Shown here piece by piece: positions 11,201 to 19,945 of a stretch of DNA of 61,050 nt. Positions within the stretch are counted from its first letter, which is position 1. Every line of letters starts with the position of its first letter. Origin of the DNA: Candidatus Berkelbacteria bacterium (GTDB lineage: Bacteria > Patescibacteriota > UBA1384 > XYA2-FULL-43-10 > CAINNR01); the NCBI GenBank assembly GCA_026397235.1, contig JAPLVG010000023.1, forward strand, positions 1 to 61,050, given 5' to 3'. Below the pieces are notes generated by a model. That model saw nothing but the letters and a program-made list of their open reading frames with translations, searched no databases and had not been told where the DNA came from. A program made the position numbers and the translations under genes.

Positions 11201-11975
11201 GGAAAAGAACAAAAATATCATCACCGTTCTTGGTCGTGGCCAATTGGAGACTGAATATCAAATTCCGGAAGGTTATAATATTGCCGTTAAGAACGGCGAA
11301 ATGGCTAAATCGAAGCAAATTATTGCTGTTTCTACGGATGAGACTATTGATCCGGTTAGAGCTAAGTCTGCCGGTACAATTAAGGTTTCCGATAACTCTA
11401 TTATCATTGTTGCCAAAGGTAAAGCGGTTAAAGAATATGTTGTTTCCGAAATGGTTGGTTTAAAAATTATGGACGGCGATGAAGTAAAACGTGGGCAGGT
11501 TTTAACAGATGGTCACATTGACCTTCAAGTTGCACGCGAACTTGCCGGACGTGATTTCACAGAGCGTTATGTCATGACTGAGGTTCAAAAAATTTATGCT
11601 TCACAAGGTCAGGAAATAAATGATAAGCATTTGGAAGTCATTGTCCGACAAATGAATTCAAAAGCCCGAATTGTCGAACCTGGTGATTCCGAATATCTCG
11701 AGGGTTCAATCCATGACGTCACCGCTATTAAAATCCAGAATCTGGCTCTCAAAGCCAAGGGCAAAAAAGAAATTGATTATGTTGAAGTCGTAATGGGAAT
11801 TACCCGCGTGGCTTTGAAAACCGAAAGCTTCCTTTCCGCTGCATCTTTCATGGAAACAACCTCAATTCTGATCAATGCTGCGATTACTGGCGCAACCGAT
11901 AACCTTCGCGGATTGAAGGAAAATGTTATCATTGGTCGCCTAATTCCAGCCGGAACTGGATATCGTAAAGTTTAG
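8229..11975 (+). CDS. rpoC: DNA-directed RNA polymerase beta' subunit
   Basis: 1248 aa; Zn-binding N-terminus ([20 protein letters not shown]) and catalytic NADFDGDQM motif. Confidence 0.98.
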   Translation: MPKLEVKDAVNVTDFKSMRISVASPDDILSWSHGEVMKPETINYRTQKPERDGLFAENIFGPTRDWECYCGKYRKVRYSGVVCDKCGVEVTKSSVRRIRMGHIDLVVPIAHIWYVRSVPCIMGQILDLSSSDLEKIIYFASFVIVDVNEELRQEILTRVESEFTNMKDEKTSSADPTISSASKDITAEEINQAYKTAKSQLESLKIGKIISERDYYSLSHSYGNVVRVGIGAEAILELLEKIDADSEIKKLEEQAASSIGLQKRKIVKRIRTLQGLKAASLKPDWLVLRRLPVIPPDLRPMVQLDGGRFAASDLNDLYRRVINRNNRLKRLINQGAPEVICRNEKRMLQEAVDALIDNSARRGRATTTANNRRKLKSLSDMLRGKQGRFRQNLLGKRVDYSGRSVIVVGPELKLHQCGLPKVMAMELYKPFVIGRLISEGYVHNVKNATRLIEKNEPFVWDILEDITKDSHVLLNRAPTLHRLGIQAFQPILIEGKAIKIHPLVCPAFNADFDGDQMAVHLPLSAEAQREAREIMLSRKNLLKPSSGEPVISPTLDMILGCYFLTTIGEGRTGEGKVFACKEDALLAYDSKIIDLKAKIKVRIDGEMQETTVGRIIFSAIIPVELGYRNQDFDKPSISKLIAESFKKSGLDSTASFVDHIKELGFRYAQMSGITFSAFDIQVPPQKKAILTKAENQLEIINQQYRRGLITEEERYAKTVEIWMNAQGELQEAMLANFDKDNDINIIRVSGAQGKVSQLNQLAGMKGLVADPTGNIIELPIKSNFKEGLSVFEYFVSSHGSRKGRADTALRTSEAGYLTRRLVDVSQDTVITSPDCGTKRGVIISKDFYQSLNDDWAKHLIGRNLNKEVAGFPKNTLIDAAALEKILATGVKEVEIRSLLVCEQSWGVCQHCYGEDLSTGRLVEIGSAVGIVAAQAIGEPGTQLTMRTFHTGGAAGVDITAGLPRVGELFEARTPRLVAVMSEIDGKANIRKEKNKNIITVLGRGQLETEYQIPEGYNIAVKNGEMAKSKQIIAVSTDETIDPVRAKSAGTIKVSDNSIIIVAKGKAVKEYVVSEMVGLKIMDGDEVKRGQVLTDGHIDLQVARELAGRDFTERYVMTEVQKIYASQGQEINDKHLEVIVRQMNSKARIVEPGDSEYLEGSIHDVTAIKIQNLALKAKGKKEIDYVEVVMGITRVALKTESFLSAASFMETTSILINAAITGATDNLRGLKENVIIGRLIPAGTGYRKV

Positions 11976-12039
11976 GTATTTACTTTTAAAGAAATTTCTG
12001 CAATAATCAATTAGTTACATAATAAAGGAAGTGTATAGC

Positions 12040-12108
12040 CACAGATCTACGTCACAGATAGTCACAGATAAGGAAATAATCGGTTTAAATCTGTGGTAAT
12101 AATCAGTG
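12040..12108. repeat. Full heptamer palindromic array (3 forward + 3 reverse) upstream of rpsL
   Basis: CACAGAT at 12040, 12053, 12063 (spacers 6 and 3 nt); 9-nt loop; ATCGGTT 12079, ATCTGTG 12089, ATCAGTG 12102 (spacers 3 and 6 nt, mirrored). Confidence 0.9.
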
Positions 12109-12129
12109 GCAGGACACATCAATTAGAAC

Positions 12130-12549
12130 ATGCCAACAATAAATCAATTAATTAGACACGGGCGCCGCAAGCCAGTTAACAAGTCCAAAACAACGGCCCT
12201 AAAACGCGGTTTCAACTTTTTGAAAAACCGCCCTGTTGATATTCGCAAAGGTTGCCCGCAGAAACGCGGAGTTTGTATTAAAGTTTCAACCATGACTCCG
12301 AAAAAACCAAACTCTGCCTTGCGTAAATTTGCGCGTGTCAGACTAACAAATGGTATGGAAGTCAATGCTTATATCGGTGGAGAAGGCCATACTTTACAGG
12401 AGCACTCAGTTGTAGTCATTCGTGGTGGTCGTGTCAAAGATTTACCTGGTATGCGATATCACATTGTTCGCGGAAAACTTGATCTTGCCGGTGTTAAAGA
12501 CCGTAAGCAAGGCCGGAGTAAATATGGCGTTAAAAGAGGAAAAGAGTAA
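12130..12549 (+). CDS. rpsL: 30S ribosomal protein S12
   Basis: 139 aa; MPTINQLIR..., [10 protein letters not shown] motif; str-operon position. Confidence 0.98.
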   Translation: MPTINQLIRHGRRKPVNKSKTTALKRGFNFLKNRPVDIRKGCPQKRGVCIKVSTMTPKKPNSALRKFARVRLTNGMEVNAYIGGEGHTLQEHSVVVIRGGRVKDLPGMRYHIVRGKLDLAGVKDRKQGRSKYGVKRGKE

Positions 12550-12552
12550 AAC

Positions 12553-12668
12553 CAGGTTAGGGTTAAGAAGCCGGTTTAGAAATAGAAGTTGGAAATTGAG
12601 GTAGGATTAATCCAACTTCTCCATCAAATTTCTACTTCCAAACTGGCATCCTAACCCAAAACCTAACT
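12553..12668. repeat. Long imperfect palindrome filling the rpsL-rpsG spacer
   Basis: Core stem AGAAGTTGGA (12584-12593) / TCCAACTTCT (12611-12620) with 17-nt loop; outer arms GGTTAGGGTTA.../...CCTAACCCAAAACCTAAC also complementary, with bulges. Confidence 0.7.
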
Positions 12669-12679
12669 TCTAAAAAATT

Positions 12680-13156
12680 ATGTCACGAGGTCATCAAAAA
12701 ATTAAAAAACACCGATTGTTGCCGGACCGAAAATACGGCAGTATTTTGGTGACTAAATTTACCAACTATGTTATGGATAACGGCAAAAAATCTGTTGCTG
12801 AAAATATTATCTACTCTGCACTGGAAAACTCATCCAAAAGATTAAACGCACGTCCACTTGATGTTTTGGAGCGAATGATAAAGAATGTAGGGCCACTGTT
12901 GGAAGTAAAATCCAAACGAATCGGCGGAGCCAATTATCAAGTTCCAATGGAAGTAAATAGCGCCCGCAAGGAAACTTTGACACTTCGCTGGATTATTACC
13001 GCTGCTAAAGCCAGAAAAGGTGCTCCAATGGCACAAAAACTAGCATCAGAGTTAGTCGATGCCTGCAACAATACCGGTGCTGCGATTAAAAAGAAAGAAG
13101 ATACTCATCGCATGGCCGAAGCCAACAAGGCCTTCGCCCACTTCGCCAGACTGTAA
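12680..13156 (+). CDS. rpsG: 30S ribosomal protein S7
   Basis: 158 aa; typical S7 sequence (PDRKYGS..., GGANYQVPMEV, MAEANKAFAHF). Confidence 0.97.
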   Translation: MSRGHQKIKKHRLLPDRKYGSILVTKFTNYVMDNGKKSVAENIIYSALENSSKRLNARPLDVLERMIKNVGPLLEVKSKRIGGANYQVPMEVNSARKETLTLRWIITAAKARKGAPMAQKLASELVDACNNTGAAIKKKEDTHRMAEANKAFAHFARL

Positions 13157-13212
13157 AATACTGTTTTGATAAAACAAAAGCCACGATCTCTCGGGGTTTT
13201 TGTTTTGCTGAA

Positions 13213-13947
13213 ATGATAAAATTGTGCTATAAATTAGTAATCCTAAGCATTCGAGGTGCTCTAGTGAGCTTGCTATTTTCCGCCTTAGAAGAACAGGGTG
13301 TCCGGAACGGTTGGTTAGTCGAGTCGCACAGGAATGGTTTTCCATGTGTCAAGATGGGGAAGGATTGTCGCAGTGGGGAGGAGAAATGGATTTCTCTTCA
13401 TCCAGCGTACAGGAACATCGCATCCGGGAGCCGGATCGAGCGAGGCGTAGTTTACCTGAATGGTAATGGCAAATGGGTGCTTCGTCCCGAGTCCAAGAGG
13501 AGTGAACAGACTGATGGTACCGCTTCAGTGATAGTTCGGGGTTATTTCTATCCCTTTCCAACGTCAACTCACTATCGCTTGGTGCCATGCCCGCAGCGTG
13601 GTATGACGAAGGTGGCTTGGGGTGAGCCGATCTGCAATGTTTGTTTTGAAGGCTATCATGACTGGGTTCACCCGATGTCGGGCGAAAAGAAGCTGTTTCT
13701 GCGCGAATCTGTTCCCGAGACTTTCTGCGCAGATGGTTGGTTCCAACTGGCTACGGAGTCCGTGGTCATCGCTCCAGGAGAGAAGGTGGCAATCAAGCAG
13801 TTGCTGCTCACACTTGTGCCAGGTGGAGCATTCCGTTTGCCAACACTGTCTGAGTATCTGATTGGCACTGATCACATATTGTCGCTATCCCGCGAAGGAC
13901 GGCAGCTGACATTTGAACGACACTGGGAATGGAATCGTGTCGAGTAA
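13213..13947 (+). CDS. Hypothetical protein in a GC-richer cassette (start uncertain; alternative ATG at 13354)
   Basis: 244-codon open frame in a ~0.75-kb stretch visibly richer in G+C than its flanks; no SD seen at either start; no family recognised; followed by its own terminator. Confidence 0.45.
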   Translation: MIKLCYKLVILSIRGALVSLLFSALEEQGVRNGWLVESHRNGFPCVKMGKDCRSGEEKWISLHPAYRNIASGSRIERGVVYLNGNGKWVLRPESKRSEQTDGTASVIVRGYFYPFPTSTHYRLVPCPQRGMTKVAWGEPICNVCFEGYHDWVHPMSGEKKLFLRESVPETFCADGWFQLATESVVIAPGEKVAIKQLLLTLVPGGAFRLPTLSEYLIGTDHILSLSREGRQLTFERHWEWNRVE

Positions 13948-13951
13948 CCGC

Positions 13952-13981
13952 ATCGCCGTGTGTATTCCGGCGATTTTTTTG
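13952..13981 (+). terminator. Rho-independent terminator closing the GC-rich cassette
   Basis: ATCGCCG (13952-13958) / CGGCGAT (13968-13974) followed by T7. Confidence 0.7.
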
Positions 13982-14056
13982 TCACATCGTCCGACTGATT
14001 TGCGCCGATCGGTCACAATCGGTCGGAAGTTTTAAGGTTCAGCTTTTTTGTCTTGT

Positions 14057-14086
14057 TTGACAAGAGTTGAATATTTATGATATAAA
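14057..14086 (+). promoter_or_regulatory. Sigma70-like promoter re-starting transcription for fusA
   Basis: TTGACA (14057-14062), 17-18-nt spacer, TATAAA (14081-14086). Confidence 0.6.
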
Positions 14087-14137
14087 TGTAAGTGCTAAGG
14101 AGGGAGTTTTTTATTTTGGCCGAAAGCCAAAATTCCC

Positions 14138-14216
14138 TACTAAATTACTAATTTAGCCAATATACTAATAATTTCTTATTTCTTATTTGTATATTAGGGG
14201 GATTAGTATATTAGTA
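14138..14216. repeat. Palindromic word array using TACTAAT/ATTAGTA words (fusA leader)
   Basis: Forward TACTAA(A) 14138, TACTAAT ~14146 and ~14163; reverse ATTAGGG, ATTAGTA, ATTAGTA ending at 14216. Same forward/reverse logic as the CACNGAT arrays but a different word. Confidence 0.7.
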
Positions 14217-14235
14217 GTTAATGATTAAGGAGAAT

Positions 14236-16311
14236 ATGCCCCGGGATTATTCACTGGAAAAAACTAGAAACATTGGAATCGCCGCTCACATTGATGCCGG
14301 AAAAACTACCGTCACCGAGCGTATTCTTTACTATACTGGCAAAAAACACAAAATCGGTGAAGTTCATGAAGGCGCTGCCGAAATGGACTGGATGGAACAA
14401 GAAAAAGAGCGCGGCATTACCATCACTTCTGCTGCGACGACCTGTTTTTGGAAAGATAATCGAATAAACATTATTGATACTCCGGGTCACGTTGACTTTA
14501 CAGTTGAAGTTGAGCGCTCTATGCGTGTTCTCGACGGTGCCGTTGTGGTTTTTGATGGTAAAAACGGTGTTGAACCACAATCAGAAACGGTTTGGCGCCA
14601 AGCTGACAAATATAATGTTCCGCGTATTTGTTTCATTAACAAGCTAGATGCTATTGCCGGTGATTTTTATATGAGCTTTAATTCCATAATCGATCGCTTG
14701 AAAGCTAATGCTGTTGCTATGCAACTTCCGGTTGGCAAAGAAAGTGATTTGCGCGGCGTTGTTGACTTAATAGAGCAAAAAGCATACATCTACACTTCTG
14801 AGGATTTGGGAAAAACCTACAAAGTTCAGGATATTCCTGCCGAGATGAAAGCCGACGTTGAAAAATGGCGCGCTGACATGATCGAAAGAATTTCCGAAAC
14901 TGATGACCTACTTTTGGATAAATATCTTGCAGGCAAGGAGCCAACAATTCCTGAGCTTAAAGCAGCTGTTCGAGCTGCTACCATTAAAGGCGAAATGTAC
15001 CCGGTTTTTGCCGGTACTGCACTCAAAAATAAAGGTGTCCAGCCACTACTTGATGCTGTCGTTGATTATTTGCCTTCGCCAATGGATGTTCCACCACTAA
15101 AAGCCAAGGTTTTAGGTTCTGACGAAGAGGTTGAAATTAAAATTGATGACGATGGTCCATTTGTTGCTCTAGCTTTCAAAATCGCTGCCGACCCATTTGT
15201 TGGGAAATTAACATTTTTCCGTGTTTATTCTGGCAAACTAACGTCTGGTAGTTACGTACTAAATACCAGGTCGGGTGAGAAGGAACGAATTGGCCGTATT
15301 CTACGAATGCATGCCAATCACCGAGAAGATGTTTCCGAAGTTTTCTCCGGTGAAATCGCTGCTGCCGTTGGGATGAAAGCGACTGTTACTGGTGATACAT
15401 TATGTGATGTAGGTCAGAAGTATATACTAGAACAAATTATTTTCCCTGAACCAGTTATCTCTATTGCAATTGAGCCAAAAACTAAGGCTGATCAAGAAAA
15501 AATGGGTATTGCTTTGCAAAGACTTTCAGAAGAAGATCCAACCTTCCGTGTTCATACCGACCTAGATTCTGGTCAAACGATTATTGAAGGTATGGGTGAA
15601 CTACACTTGGAAATTATTGTCGATCGAATGAAGCGAGAATTTAAAGTCGAAGCCAATGTTGGAAATCCACAAGTTGCCTACAAAGAAGCAATCCGCAAAT
15701 CTGTTGAGCAAGAAGGTAAATATGTTCGTCAGTCTGGTGGCCGTGGTCAATACGGCCATGTATACTTGAAAATCGAGCCAAATGAAGAAGGCGCCGGATT
15801 TGAGTTTGTCAACAAAATTGTTGGTGGCGCAATTCCAAAAGAATTCATCAGTCCGGTTGAGGCCGGTGTCAAGGAGGCAATGGCCAAAGGAGTTATTGCC
15901 GGCTACCCGGTTGTTGATACCAAAGTTACGCTTTACGATGGAACTTTCCACGATGTTGACTCTTCAGAAATGGCTTTCAAAATTGCCGGTTCCTATGCTT
16001 TTCAAGAAGGTTTTAAGAAAGCCGATCCAATTATTCTCGAGCCTATTATGAAAGTTGAGGTAACAATTCCTGAAGAGTATACTGGAGATGTTGTCGGCGA
16101 CTTAAACGCAAAACGTGGTCAAATTGAAGAAATGATTGATCGCGCCGGAGCCAAGATCATCGACTCTAAAGTTCCGCTATCATCCATGTTCGGCTATGCC
16201 ACTTCACTAAGGTCAATGACTCAAGGCCGCGGAAATTACACCATGGAATTTGATCATTATTCCGAGGTTCCAGGCAATATCGCAGTTCAAATTATAGAGG
16301 GGAAGAAGTAA
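14236..16311 (+). CDS. fusA: Elongation factor G
   Basis: [21 protein letters not shown] motifs. ATG at 14236 is preceded by AAGGAG and aligns with the canonical EF-G N-terminus (the ORF track starts 5 codons earlier at 14221). Confidence 0.97.
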   Translation: MPRDYSLEKTRNIGIAAHIDAGKTTVTERILYYTGKKHKIGEVHEGAAEMDWMEQEKERGITITSAATTCFWKDNRINIIDTPGHVDFTVEVERSMRVLDGAVVVFDGKNGVEPQSETVWRQADKYNVPRICFINKLDAIAGDFYMSFNSIIDRLKANAVAMQLPVGKESDLRGVVDLIEQKAYIYTSEDLGKTYKVQDIPAEMKADVEKWRADMIERISETDDLLLDKYLAGKEPTIPELKAAVRAATIKGEMYPVFAGTALKNKGVQPLLDAVVDYLPSPMDVPPLKAKVLGSDEEVEIKIDDDGPFVALAFKIAADPFVGKLTFFRVYSGKLTSGSYVLNTRSGEKERIGRILRMHANHREDVSEVFSGEIAAAVGMKATVTGDTLCDVGQKYILEQIIFPEPVISIAIEPKTKADQEKMGIALQRLSEEDPTFRVHTDLDSGQTIIEGMGELHLEIIVDRMKREFKVEANVGNPQVAYKEAIRKSVEQEGKYVRQSGGRGQYGHVYLKIEPNEEGAGFEFVNKIVGGAIPKEFISPVEAGVKEAMAKGVIAGYPVVDTKVTLYDGTFHDVDSSEMAFKIAGSYAFQEGFKKADPIILEPIMKVEVTIPEEYTGDVVGDLNAKRGQIEEMIDRAGAKIIDSKVPLSSMFGYATSLRSMTQGRGNYTMEFDHYSEVPGNIAVQIIEGKK

Positions 16312-16329
16312 GCTTAATGATAGCACTAC

Positions 16330-16398
16330 CACAGATCTATTTCACGGATTAGCACAGACAAATGAAAAATCAGTGAAAATCAGTGAACAAAATCTGTG
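16330..16398. repeat. Full heptamer palindromic array downstream of fusA
   Basis: CACAGAT 16330, CACGGAT 16343, CACAGAC 16353; ATCAGTG 16369, ATCAGTG 16379, ATCTGTG 16392; spacers 6/3 then 3/6. Confidence 0.9.
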
Positions 16399-16423
16399 GG
16401 TGTGTAATCAGTCTTGAATATTG

Positions 16424-16452
16424 TTGACTTTCAGAAAAATTTAGGTTAGTAT
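16424..16452 (+). promoter_or_regulatory. Sigma70-like promoter for tuf
   Basis: TTGACT (16424-16429), 17-nt spacer, TAGTAT (16447-16452), overlapping TATAAT at 16450-16455. Confidence 0.55.
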
Positions 16453-16479
16453 AATAAAGAAATAATAATGAAGAAACAA

Positions 16480-16543
16480 CACTGACAATTACACAGAATA
16501 GACACAGAAAAAATCCGTGTTTGTTCAGTGTGTAATATCAGTG
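16480..16543. repeat. Second (degenerate) heptamer palindromic array in the tuf leader
   Basis: CACTGAC 16480, CACAGAA 16492, CACAGAA 16503; ATCCGTG 16513, TTCAGTG 16524, ATCAGTG 16537. Confidence 0.8.
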
Positions 16544-16559
16544 TAGTTAAGGAGAAAAA

Positions 16560-17738
16560 ATGGCTGCAGAAAAATTTGAAAGAAACAAGCCTCATGTAAA
16601 TGTTGGCACAATTGGACACGTTGACCACGGTAAAACCACACTAACCGCGGCAATTTTGAAAGTCCAAGGCGACAAAGGTATGGCTCGAATTGAGAAATTC
16701 GATGAAATCGACAACGCTCCAGAAGAAAAAGAGCGTGGCATTACTATCGCCACTCATCACTCTGAATATGAAACTGAAAAGCGTCACTACGCTCACGTTG
16801 ACTGCCCAGGTCATGCTGACTACGTCAAAAACATGATCACCGGGGCTGCTCAAATGGATGGTGCTATCCTTGTGGTTTCTGCCGCAGACGGTCCAATGCC
16901 ACAAACCAGAGAGCACATTCTTTTGGCCAAGCAAGTTGGTGTTCCAAAAATTGTTATTTTCTTGAATAAAGTTGATATGGTTGACGATTCTGAGCTAATC
17001 GACCTTGTTGAAATGGAAATTCGCGAACTTTTGACCAAATATGAGTTCGATGGTGATAACACTCCAATCATTCGTGGTTCCGCTCTTAAAGCTCTTAACG
17101 GCGATGCTGATTCCGTCAAAGCCATCGGCGATCTTATGGATGCTATCGATTCTTGGATCCCAGAGCCAACTCGCGATATCGACAAACCATTTATGATGCC
17201 TGTTGAAGACGTTTTCTCAATCAAAGGACGCGGGACAGTTGCTACCGGTAGAATTACTCGCGGTATTGTCAAAGTTAACGACGAAGTTGAAATCGTTGGT
17301 ATTAAAAAGACATCAAAAACTGTTGTTACCGGTGTAGAAATGTTTAGAAAAATGCTTGATCAAGGTCAAGCTGGCGACAATGTCGGAGTGTTGCTTCGTG
17401 GTGTTGAGCGAGAAGATATTGAGCGCGGTCAAGTTTTGGCCAAACCAGGTTCCGTTACTCCACACACAGAATTCGAAGCTACCATTTATGTTTTGACCAA
17501 AGAAGAGGGTGGCCGACATACCCCATTTACCAAAGGATACAAACCACAATTTTACATTGGCACGACCGATGTAACGGGTGAGGTTGAGTTCGAAGGTGAA
17601 ATGGTTATGCCTGGAGACGAAGTTAAAATTACCGTTAAGCTTATCGTTCCAATTGCACTTGAAGAAAATCTACGATTCGCAATCCGCGAAGGTGGAAAAA
17701 CTGTTGGTGCCGGTGTTGTAACAAAGATTGTTAAGTAA
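16560..17738 (+). CDS. tuf: Elongation factor Tu
   Basis: 392 aa; [22 protein letters not shown] motifs. Confidence 0.98.
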   Translation: MAAEKFERNKPHVNVGTIGHVDHGKTTLTAAILKVQGDKGMARIEKFDEIDNAPEEKERGITIATHHSEYETEKRHYAHVDCPGHADYVKNMITGAAQMDGAILVVSAADGPMPQTREHILLAKQVGVPKIVIFLNKVDMVDDSELIDLVEMEIRELLTKYEFDGDNTPIIRGSALKALNGDADSVKAIGDLMDAIDSWIPEPTRDIDKPFMMPVEDVFSIKGRGTVATGRITRGIVKVNDEVEIVGIKKTSKTVVTGVEMFRKMLDQGQAGDNVGVLLRGVEREDIERGQVLAKPGSVTPHTEFEATIYVLTKEEGGRHTPFTKGYKPQFYIGTTDVTGEVEFEGEMVMPGDEVKITVKLIVPIALEENLRFAIREGGKTVGAGVVTKIVK

Positions 17739-17760
17739 AATCATTAAATTGTAATTCTAA

Positions 17761-17828
17761 CACAGATTGATTACGCAGATCAGCGCAGATGGAAAGAAAT
17801 CAGCGAAAATCAGCGAGAAAAATCAGTG
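17761..17828. repeat. Full heptamer palindromic array upstream of rpsJ, with compensatory word change
   Basis: CACAGAT 17761, CGCAGAT 17774, CGCAGAT 17784; 8-nt loop; ATCAGCG 17799, ATCAGCG 17809, ATCAGTG 17822. CAC->CGC in inner forward units is matched by GTG->GCG in inner reverse units. Confidence 0.9.
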
Positions 17829-17848
17829 TAAGAATATCCGCAAAAAAT

Positions 17849-18175
17849 ATGCCAGTTGCTAAAGAAACAATTAAACAGAAAATTCGCATTAAGCTCAAGG
17901 CTTATGATTATCGGATAATCGATAAATCAGCAGCTGAAATTATTGAAACTGCAAACCGCACAGGCGCTAAGGTAATCGGCCCGATTCCGCTTCCAACCGA
18001 AATATCAAAGTTGACTGTGATCAAGTCGCCAAATGTTTTCAAGAATAGCCGAGAGCAGTTTGAAATGCGAGTCCACAAGCGGCTAATCGACGTTATTAAT
18101 CCGACATCGAAAACAATTGATTCGCTGATGTCGCTCGATTTGCCTGCAGGTGTGGACATTGAGATCAAAATGTGA
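17849..18175 (+). CDS. rpsJ: 30S ribosomal protein S10
   Basis: ATG at 17849 gives [25 protein letters not shown]..., a normal-length S10; the ORF-track start at 17789 lies inside the repeat array. Confidence 0.95.
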   Translation: MPVAKETIKQKIRIKLKAYDYRIIDKSAAEIIETANRTGAKVIGPIPLPTEISKLTVIKSPNVFKNSREQFEMRVHKRLIDVINPTSKTIDSLMSLDLPAGVDIEIKM

Positions 18176-18182
18176 TAACTTA

Positions 18183-18294
18183 CCTATAGTCTGCTGGCCA
18201 CCATCGGTGGCTAGTGACTAGGGGTAAAAATCAAATAATCCAAACCGAGGATAACAGTCGCCACGGCGACAGGTTCCTGGTTGATTTATTTTTT
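18183..18294 (+). promoter_or_regulatory. GC-rich double-hairpin spacer with terminator-like 3' end between rpsJ and rplC
   Basis: Hairpin 1 spans 18183-18224 (inner GGCCACC/GGTGGCT). Hairpin 2 spans 18228-18287 (AAATCAA/TTGATTT outer, GTCGCC/GGCGAC inner) and is followed by T6 at 18289-18294. Confidence 0.5.
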
Positions 18295-18308
18295 AAAAAG
18301 GTTGCTTT

Positions 18309-18887
18309 GTGAAAATCTTAATTGGCAAAAAATTAAAGATGACTAGAATCTTCACAGATGAAGGTCTGGTTCGTGCCGTTACCGCTGTGGAAGCAAAGCC
18401 ATGCGAGGTTTCTGAAATCAAATCAGTTAAAAAGGTTGGTTACGACGCAATCAAAGTCAAAACCCAAAATCGAAAAAAGACCAAATATTCTGAATTTCGA
18501 GTAAAACCTGCCTCGCCGGCAGGCAGGGATGGTGAGGTCGAAGCTAAAATTGGCGACAAAATCACTGTGGAAGCTTTCAATGTTGGTGATATGATTACTG
18601 TTATCGGAACCAGCAAAGGAAAAGGTTTCGCTGGTACAGTTAAGCGATATCACTTTGTCAAAGGCCCAGCATCACATGGCTCAAATCAGCAACGCCGAGT
18701 CGGTTCAATTGGGGCAGGTTACCCACAGCGAGTTATTAAGGGTCAGAGAATGCCAGGCCATATGGGTGCCGAGCGAGTTACAGTCAAAAATCTTCAAGTT
18801 GTTGATATCGATGCGAAAAACAACATTATGCTGATTGCCGGTCCAGTTCCAGGTGCTACCGGATCAGAAGTAAGAATAATAGGCTAA
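18309..18887 (+). CDS. rplC: 50S ribosomal protein L3
   Basis: 192 aa, GTG start; SKGKGFAGTVKRYHF and GQRMPGHMG motifs; S10-cluster position. Confidence 0.95.
   Translation: MKILIGKKLKMTRIFTDEGLVRAVTAVEAKPCEVSEIKSVKKVGYDAIKVKTQNRKKTKYSEFRVKPASPAGRDGEVEAKIGDKITVEAFNVGDMITVIGTSKGKGFAGTVKRYHFVKGPASHGSNQQRRVGSIGAGYPQRVIKGQRMPGHMGAERVTVKNLQVVDIDAKNNIMLIAGPVPGATGSEVRIIG
18507..18527. repeat. GC-rich palindrome inside rplC coding sequence
   Basis: CCTGCCT cgccggc AGGCAGG, translated in frame as PASPAGRDG; same core as the rplX palindrome. Confidence 0.8.
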
Positions 18888-18888
18888 T

Positions 18889-19575
18889 ATGAAAATCGAA
18901 TTTTACAAAAAAAACGGCGAGGTTGACGTGCCAGTAGAATATCCCAAGAATCTAGTCTCCGAGGTTTCGGACGCTAGATTGTTGGAATATGTGCGAATGA
19001 TTCGTGCCAACATGCGGGCAAACAACGCTCAGACAAAAGACCGAAGTGAAGTTTCCGGCGGTGGTAAGAAACCATGGAAGCAAAAAGGTACTGGCCGTGC
19101 GCGTGTCGGCTCGTCCCGCTCGCCAATTTGGAGTGGTGGTGGCGTAACTTTTGGTCCAACCAATGATCGCAATTATACAATCAAATTAAACAAAAAAGAA
19201 AAACGTGCTGCGCTTTTGGCTGCAATTTATGCTAAAGTTTCTGCTAAAAAAGCAATTGGCATTTCTGATTTGAAATTTTCGGCGCCAAAAACCGCTGATG
19301 CCGCCAAGGCGCTAGAAAAACTTCCAATTAACGGTAAAGTTATGGTTTTCGTTCCAGCTGCAGATGAAAACGCCAAAAAGTCATTTCGCAATATTCCAAT
19401 TGTCACACTAGCTGTTGCTAATACCATCGATATCATTTCTATTATTTCTGCTGATAGCATTTTGTTCACCAAGGAATCATTGACCGAGCTTGGAGATCAT
19501 TTTACAACCACAGATCGAAAATCACAGATCAGCACTGATAAATCAAAGAAATTGAAAGAGGTAGTAAGTGAATAA
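18889..19575 (+). CDS. rplD: 50S ribosomal protein L4
   Basis: 228 aa; GGGKKPWKQKGTGRAR motif; C-terminal ~20 aa encoded by a heptamer half-array. Confidence 0.95.
   Translation: MKIEFYKKNGEVDVPVEYPKNLVSEVSDARLLEYVRMIRANMRANNAQTKDRSEVSGGGKKPWKQKGTGRARVGSSRSPIWSGGGVTFGPTNDRNYTIKLNKKEKRAALLAAIYAKVSAKKAIGISDLKFSAPKTADAAKALEKLPINGKVMVFVPAADENAKKSFRNIPIVTLAVANTIDIISIISADSILFTKESLTELGDHFTTTDRKSQISTDKSKKLKEVVSE
19509..19539 (+). repeat. Heptamer array, forward arm only, inside the 3' end of rplD
   Basis: CACAGAT 19509, CACAGAT 19523, CACTGAT 19533; translated as ...TTTDRKSQISTDK... Confidence 0.85.
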
Positions 19576-19945
19576 TTTAGTAATAAAAAGCCCAGTAATA
19601 TCCGAAAAAAGCTTTGCTCTTGCTAGCACTGGTGTTTATGTATTTTTGGTTACACCGGAAGCTAACAAGAAAATTGTTGCTACCCAAGTGCACGAAATGT
19701 ATAAAGTCGATGTCGAAGAGGTCAGAATTATTAATATTCCTGGTAAAATTAAAAGAGCTGGTAAGAAAATGGGCCGTCGCTCTGACATCAAAAAGGCTTT
19801 AGTAAAAGTTAAAAAAGGTCAAAAAATTGCAATCTTCGAAGAAGAAAAATCGGACAAGAAAAAGGAAGAAACCACACAGATTGTTGACACAGAAAAAACA
19901 CAGAAAAAACCAAAGGCTGAAGTCAGTGAAAAGTCAGTGAAATGA
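19568..19945 (+). CDS. rplW: 50S ribosomal protein L23
   Basis: 125 aa, GTG start overlapping the rplD end; L23 core (PVISEKSF..., VKKALVKVKKGQKI) plus a ~28-aa tail read through a full heptamer array. Confidence 0.93.
   Translation: MNNLVIKSPVISEKSFALASTGVYVFLVTPEANKKIVATQVHEMYKVDVEEVRIINIPGKIKRAGKKMGRRSDIKKALVKVKKGQKIAIFEEEKSDKKKEETTQIVDTEKTQKKPKAEVSEKSVK

Noticed and set aside
13349-13875. Four additional ORFs (13349-13588 -, 13564-13875 -, 13622-13861 +, 13668-13868 -) in the rpsG-fusA insert
   Set aside because: All are nested in or antisense to the 244-codon + ORF. Stop-poor frames are expected in a GC-richer segment, and no SD or family signal is present.
17789-17848. N-terminally extended starts in the ORF track (17789 rpsJ, 21181 rplV, 23001 rpsQ, 24059 rplE, 14221 fusA, 54485, 56551 rpsM, 58232 rpoA, 31329 GNAT, 34152 MTase, 47247 adk, 28559)
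   Set aside because: The extensions run through repeat arrays, hairpin elements or promoter boxes. A downstream ATG with an SD reproduces the canonical N-terminus of each family.
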